Shown here: positions 59,215 through 64,000 of the stretch, piece by piece
Layout: each line of letters begins with the position of its first letter
Numbering within the stretch: position 1 is the stretch's first letter
DNA from: Acidobacteriota bacterium
Lineage (GTDB): Bacteria > Acidobacteriota > UBA6911 > JACQSX01
Reading direction: 5' to 3'
DNA length: 64,000 nt
Assembly (NCBI GenBank): GCA_036507075.1
Contig: DASXQR010000192.1
Location: forward strand, 32,001-96,000
Position numbers and translations under genes: made by a program
The notes under the pieces: model-generated
Told to the model about the DNA's origin: nothing
Seen by the model: the letters and a program-made list of their open reading frames with translations, nothing else
The model's database searches: none

Positions 59215-59450
59215 AGTCTCTCAGTCTGTCAATCTCTCAGTCTCTCAGTCTCTCAGTCTCTCAGTCTCTCAGTCTCTCAGTCTGTCAGTCTGTCAGTCCC
59301 TCAGTCTCTCAGTCCCTCAGTCTGTCAGTCCCTCAGTCATCGGAACTGGGTGACTGACCGACTGAAAGACTGACCGACTGAAAGACTGACCGACTGAAAG
59401 ACTGACCGACTGACCGACTGAAAGACTGACCGACTGACCGACCGAAAGAC
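59215..59450. repeat. 8-mer inverted tandem array
   Basis: About 15 TCAGTCTC-like units, a loop of about 11 bp, then about 12 GACTGACC/GACTGAAA units. Confidence 0.93.
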
Positions 59451-60134
59451 CTAGCCTTCCCCAATCAAATCGGGGCGATTCCGGCGTGTCCGGATCTGCG
59501 CCTGCCTGCGCCTCCACTCCTCAATATCAGCATGGTTGCCCGACAGCAGCACGTCTGGAACCTTCCAGGACCTGTACTCGGATGGGCGGGTATAGTGCGG
59601 GTAGTCAAGCAGACCCTGCTGAAAGCTTTCATTGACCACCGACGCCGGACTTCCCGTTGACCCGGGAAGCAACCGCACCACGGAGTCCACAAGCAACATG
59701 GCGGGAATCTCGCCGCCTGAGACAACGAAATCGCCCACCGATATCTCCTCGTCAATCAGGTGATCAACCACTCGATGATCTACACCTTCATACCGACCGC
59801 AGATCAGCACCAGTGCCGGCTCAAGAGCCAGGCGGCGCGCTGTTTGCTGGCGGAAGGGAGTACCTTGTGGCGTGAGAAGTATGCGCTTCGCTCGGATTCC
59901 CCAGCGCTGTTCTGTAGTTTCGACAGCTTCGAAGATTGGTTCCGGCTTCATCACCATACCTTCGCCGCCGCCGTAAGGACGGTCATCCACCGTCCTGTGT
60001 CGATCGCGGGTAAACTCACGGAGATCAATTGTTTCCACCTCCGCCCTACCTTCGTCGCGCGAAATTCGGATGATACCAAAATCAAAGATGCCTGTAAATA
60101 TCTCAGGGAAGATGGTAAGAATCGCTAGTTTCAT
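59451..60134 (-). CDS. trmD: tRNA (guanine-N1)-methyltransferase
   Basis: VDDRPYGGGEGM, CGRYEGVD, S.GDFV.SGGE, YPHYTRP, LLSGNH. Confidence 0.97.
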   Translation of the reverse strand: MKLAILTIFPEIFTGIFDFGIIRISRDEGRAEVETIDLREFTRDRHRTVDDRPYGGGEGMVMKPEPIFEAVETTEQRWGIRAKRILLTPQGTPFRQQTARRLALEPALVLICGRYEGVDHRVVDHLIDEEISVGDFVVSGGEIPAMLLVDSVVRLLPGSTGSPASVVNESFQQGLLDYPHYTRPSEYRSWKVPDVLLSGNHADIEEWRRRQAQIRTRRNRPDLIGEG

Positions 60135-60139
60135 CAGAA

Positions 60140-60661
60140 TCAAGGATTTAGCTCAAGCAGACCGGCTGGCAGATCAACCGTCAGCCGTCTTTGATCGAGA
60201 CTGACATCAACCAGGATGGTTTCGACCATGGGAATCAGAATCTCACCGCGCCGGCCATTCACTTCAAGCAAGGGGTTGGAATCCAGGGCGAGCACCCGGG
60301 TCACTGTTCCCAAAACCTCACCGGACCGGATGACAACTTCGCAACCGAGCAACTGATGGGGATAGTAGTGACCTGCGGGCAGCCTTTGCAGAGAAACTTC
60401 GGGAATCAGCAGATCTCGATTGCGTATCGCTTCTGCGTCAGACCGGTTCTTCAGGTGTTCGAATTCGACTATCCAGGCCGATTTATGGCGTCGGGAACGC
60501 TTGATTCTTAAAGGTTGCGGTGAGGAGTCCGGGACGCTCAGATACAGCAGGCTGTCTTTGGCAAGGCGTTGCGGGAAATCCGTATAAGAATCAACAACAA
60601 CCTCGCCACGAATACCGTGAGGGGAGCGGATTCGACCGATCAGCACCCATTCGCTATTCAA
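60140..60661 (-). CDS. rimM: Ribosome maturation factor RimM
   Basis: IGRI..PHGIRGE, YY..QL.G..V, ILIP; conserved operon position. Confidence 0.93.
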   Translation of the reverse strand: MNSEWVLIGRIRSPHGIRGEVVVDSYTDFPQRLAKDSLLYLSVPDSSPQPLRIKRSRRHKSAWIVEFEHLKNRSDAEAIRNRDLLIPEVSLQRLPAGHYYPHQLLGCEVVIRSGEVLGTVTRVLALDSNPLLEVNGRRGEILIPMVETILVDVSLDQRRLTVDLPAGLLELNP

Positions 60662-60884
60662 TTATTTCAAGAATGAATCTTTTGCGCACTTTCATTCCGG
60701 CGGCTCCCAGCAGGGTTCGGATCGCGCGGGCGGTTCGGCCCTGCTTGCCGATTACTTTGCCAAGGTCGGTCTGGGCCACCCGCAGTTCCAGGACGGTCGT
60801 CTGTTCGCCTTCAACTTCTGTAACTTTGACCTGTTCGGGATCATCAACAAGCGCCTTCGCGATCTCCTCGATAAGCTCCTTCAT
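60654..60884 (-). CDS. khpA: KH-domain RNA-binding protein
   Basis: [14 protein letters not shown]...[26 protein letters not shown] (alternative start 60890). Confidence 0.93.
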   Translation of the reverse strand: MKELIEEIAKALVDDPEQVKVTEVEGEQTTVLELRVAQTDLGKVIGKQGRTARAIRTLLGAAGMKVRKRFILEIIE

Positions 60885-60946
60885 AGGCATACAACCTCCT
60901 GCCGAGCGGGAATCCTCGAACACGAATCCAGATTGTGAGCCGAGCA

Positions 60947-61219
60947 CTAACCCTGTTCTGGTGCTGCCTGCTGTTGTGTTGCCTGTTGTTGAGCCTTGGA
61001 AATCAAGGATTTAACGGTATCTGAAGGCTGTGCCCCAGACTTAATCCAATGATCCACACGGTCCAGCCTGAGATTCAAAGCTGCCGGATTCTTAGTCGGA
61101 TCGTAATGTCCCACAATCTCCAAAAATCGGCCGTCCCGCGCCGAGGCCTTCTCAGCGACCACAACACGGTAAAAAGGTTTCTTTTTTGCCCCTTGGCGGG
61201 ACAATCGAATTCTGAGCAA
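60947..61219 (-). CDS. rpsP: 30S ribosomal protein S16
   Basis: [40 protein letters not shown] start with AGGAGG. Confidence 0.98.
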   Translation of the reverse strand: MLRIRLSRQGAKKKPFYRVVVAEKASARDGRFLEIVGHYDPTKNPAALNLRLDRVDHWIKSGAQPSDTVKSLISKAQQQATQQQAAPEQG

Positions 61220-61266
61220 ATATCCTCCTAGAGTTCCAGATTTCAGTATTGTAGCAACAAAGCGAA

Positions 61267-62598
61267 CTAAAACGGCAAGTTTAATTTTCCCAATCTTTTA
61301 CCGAGCATTCCGCTGCTCATCTGACGCATCATTTTTCGGGCCTGATCATACTGCCGGAGCAGCTGATTTACCTGCTGGACGGTGCAGCCACTGCCCCTGG
61401 CAATCCGTTTGCGGCGGGACCCATTAATGATCTTGTAGTTGTCTCTCTCGCGGGGAGTCATCGAATTTATGATGGCTTCAATGTGGACAAGCTCCTTTTC
61501 GTCTACCTGGATCTTGCTCAAACCCCTTAATGGGCCGACACTCGGAAACATTTTCAGTAGTTGCTCCAGCGGCCCAAGTTTCCGAATCTGCCGCAGTTGA
61601 TCGCGGAAGTCGTCCAGCGTAAAAGTGTTTTCGCGTATCTTTTCTATCGTGCGAAGCGCCTCGTCCTGATCTACGGCCTCCTCAGCCTTCTCGATCAGCG
61701 AAAGCACATCGCCCATTCCAATAATGCGGCCGGCCATGCGGTCAGGATGGAACGGTTCCAAGCCGTCCAGCTTTTCACCGACGCCGATGAATTTTATCGG
61801 CTGGCCGGTGACGGCCTTGACCGACAGCGCGGCGCCGCCCCGCGAGTCGCCATCCATTTTTGTCAGAATCACGCCGGTGACACCGATCTGTTCATTGAAA
61901 TCACGCGCACTATTGACCGCGTCCTGACCAGTCATGGCGTCTGCCACCAGGAGTGTTTCCATCGGCTGCGTTCTTTTCTTGATCTCCTTGAGCTCATCCA
62001 TCAACTCCTGATCCACGTGCAAACGTCCTGCCGTGTCAATCAGGAGGACATCGTAGCCGACGTTCTTTGCCTGCACCAGCGCCTGCTGGCAGATGGCGTA
62101 TGGATCATTTGATTCGGTGGTAAAGACCGGAAGGTTCAGATCCCTTCCGATGACGGCGAGCTGCTCGCGGGCGGCGGGCCGATAAACGTCGGCGGAAACC
62201 ATCAGTGGGCGATGACCTGCTTTGCTCAGAACGCGGGCGAGCTTGCCAGTGGTGGTGGTTTTGCCGGAACCCTGCAGGCCTGCCATCAGGATGACGCTGG
62301 GGGGCGTTTTAGCGAAGCTCAGTTCCTGGTTGGCCGTACCGAGTAGCCCGGCCAGTTCATCCCTTACTATTTTGACCACCTGTTGGCCAGGCGTGAGGCT
62401 TGTCATGACCTCCTGACCGAGCGCCTTTTCCTTGATGCGGGCGACAAACTCCTTTACCACCTTGAAATTCACATCGGCTTCAAGCAAAGCAATGCGGATC
62501 TCGCGCATCGCGGCATCGATATGCGCCTCGGTGAGCTTCCCCTCACCCTTCAGATCCTTAAGTATTCGCTGGAGCTTGCCGGATAGATTCTCAAGCAT
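61267..62598 (-). CDS. ffh: Signal recognition particle protein
   Basis: ALLEADV, GLQGSGKTTT, DTAGR, TKMDGD, GSRRKRIARGSG. Confidence 0.98.
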   Translation of the reverse strand: MLENLSGKLQRILKDLKGEGKLTEAHIDAAMREIRIALLEADVNFKVVKEFVARIKEKALGQEVMTSLTPGQQVVKIVRDELAGLLGTANQELSFAKTPPSVILMAGLQGSGKTTTTGKLARVLSKAGHRPLMVSADVYRPAAREQLAVIGRDLNLPVFTTESNDPYAICQQALVQAKNVGYDVLLIDTAGRLHVDQELMDELKEIKKRTQPMETLLVADAMTGQDAVNSARDFNEQIGVTGVILTKMDGDSRGGAALSVKAVTGQPIKFIGVGEKLDGLEPFHPDRMAGRIIGMGDVLSLIEKAEEAVDQDEALRTIEKIRENTFTLDDFRDQLRQIRKLGPLEQLLKMFPSVGPLRGLSKIQVDEKELVHIEAIINSMTPRERDNYKIINGSRRKRIARGSGCTVQQVNQLLRQYDQARKMMRQMSSGMLGKRLGKLNLPF

Positions 62599-62680
62599 GA
62601 CAAGCGGTTCCGCTTTCCTGATGAAAAAATTTTTATGCTACACGCCCGGATCAATTTTAGCAAGCATGGGAGGGTCCGGC

Positions 62681-62900
62681 TTCACCACAAAGGCACTAAC
62701 CCAACAGTACCGCGATCCGCCAGGTCGCGGCGCGCCAGATAAAGTCGGCAGCGATTCGCTAAAAACCCCTCGCCCTGACTATTGTCGGCTCATCGCAGGG
62801 AACTGTGTCTGGTGCGCCGCGACCTAACGGATCGCGGTACTGTTGGAGTTCGAGACCTAGGTCACACAGAATGCTTCGTGAGCCCTGTGTCTTTGTGGTT
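62681..62900. repeat. Two-tier repeat: REP-like 39-bp inverted pair inside 9-mer arms
   Basis: CCAACAGTACCGCGATCCGCCAGGTCGCGGCGCGCCAGA (62701-62739) and its near-complement at 62808-62846; outer arms CACCACAAAGGCAC and GTGTCTTTGTGGT. Confidence 0.85.
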
Positions 62901-62923
62901 AAATCATCTTTTCCGCACTGCGC

Positions 62924-64000
62924 ATGAAGTTTCTCATCATCGGAACCGCCGGGCATATCGACCACGGAAAATCATCCTTGATTCGGTCTCTGACCGGGAC
63001 TGATCCAGATCGGCTGAAGGAAGAAAAAGAGCGCGGAATCACTATCGACCTCGGTTTCGCGCATATGCGAATTAACGAGACTGAAATCGGTTTCGTGGAT
63101 GTCCCGGGACATGAGCGATTCGTTCGTAACATGCTGGCCGGAGCAGGCGGAATGGATGCAGTCCTGTTTGTCGTGGCAGCAGACGAATCAGTCATGCCGC
63201 AGACGCGGGAGCATCTTCACATCTGCCGGCTGCTCGGCATCGAACGCGGCATCATCGTTGTTACCAAGATCGACGTTGTCGACCGTGAGTTCCTCCCCCT
63301 GGTGAGCGACGAAATTCGCAGCGCGGCAGGCGGGAGCGGCCTGAAAGACGCGCCCGTGGTTTTTGTTTCCAACACCACCGGTGAAGGCCTGGAGGATCTC
63401 AGGAAGGAGCTCGAAAACCTGTCATCACAGGTGACGGCCCGGACCACTCATCGACTCGCGCGCCTGCCGATTGATCGCGTGTTCACGATGCGAGGTTTTG
63501 GCACGGTGGTTACCGGAACACTGCACAGCGGGACTTTGGAGCGAGAGCAGACGGTCGAGGTTCTCCCCGTTTCCATCGCCTCCAAAATCCGCGGTATTCA
63601 AACCTACGGTCGCAAGTCTGACCTGGCGCGCGAAGGCCAGCGTACGGCGGTCAATCTGCAGGGGGTAGACAAGAACCTGCTGGCACGCGGAATGACGTTG
63701 ACTGTTCCGGGCGCGCTGAAGCCTGCTCACACTGCCGATGCCAGCCTGCTGATTGTCGCTGATGCGCCGTCGCCCCTGCGCAACAGGGATGTCGTGCGAC
63801 TGCATATCGCAACTCAGGAGACACTGGCCCGCGTGATCCTGCTCGAATGCGACGCGCTGGAACCTTCCTGCTCGGGCCTGGTGCAACTCCGCACCCAAAT
63901 TCCAATTTCCGCCTGGTCGGGAGACCGGTTCATCATCCGGCGCGTGTCACCGGCGACAACAATCGGCGGCGGCGAGATTCTAAATCCTGCCGCCAGGAAG
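62924..64000 (+). CDS. selB: Selenocysteine-specific elongation factor, runs off the right edge
   Basis: Manual translation: [19 protein letters not shown]...[23 protein letters not shown]...[15 protein letters not shown]...[23 protein letters not shown]. Confidence 0.95.
   Translation, partial: MKFLIIGTAGHIDHGKSSLIRSLTGTDPDRLKEEKERGITIDLGFAHMRINETEIGFVDVPGHERFVRNMLAGAGGMDAVLFVVAADESVMPQTREHLHICRLLGIERGIIVVTKIDVVDREFLPLVSDEIRSAAGGSGLKDAPVVFVSNTTGEGLEDLRKELENLSSQVTARTTHRLARLPIDRVFTMRGFGTVVTGTLHSGTLEREQTVEVLPVSIASKIRGIQTYGRKSDLAREGQRTAVNLQGVDKNLLARGMTLTVPGALKPAHTADASLLIVADAPSPLRNRDVVRLHIATQETLARVILLECDALEPSCSGLVQLRTQIPISAWSGDRFIIRRVSPATTIGGGEILNPAARK

Noticed and set aside
59215..59450. Possible CRISPR array in the tandem repeat tracts (also 51387-51589 and 56186-56351)
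   Set aside because: Units are 7-9 bp with no unique spacers of regular length, and no cas genes are present.

Overview
GC-rich bacterial chromosomal window with about 45 protein genes. The gene content (two Oar-type TonB-dependent receptors, a GWxTD protein, a DUF1501/DUF1549-DUF1553 pair, DUF1080, a CARDB/BACON protein) suggests Acidobacteriota; this is an inference. The left three quarters is accessory: transport, carbohydrate, envelope and redox genes, including a glycan-modification cluster, a porin-TolC-RND-MFP-Kdo hydroxylase operon, a cytoplasmic beta-lactamase-like/M15/Pup-ligase-like trio and a DtxR/MntR-linked multicopper oxidase-ZIP-cupredoxin operon. The right end is core genome (ffh-rpsP-khpA-rimM-trmD-rplS, selB). 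No rRNA, tRNA, CRISPR array, integrase or transposase was found. The most striking non-coding signal is about 25 intergenic inverted-repeat elements built from 6-, 7-, 8- and 9-mer tandem units and REP-like palindromes. They nest up to four tiers deep, show compensatory changes, sit at a gene truncation, supply stop codons and in one case appear translated inside a CDS. All product calls come from motif recognition by eye; no database search was run.
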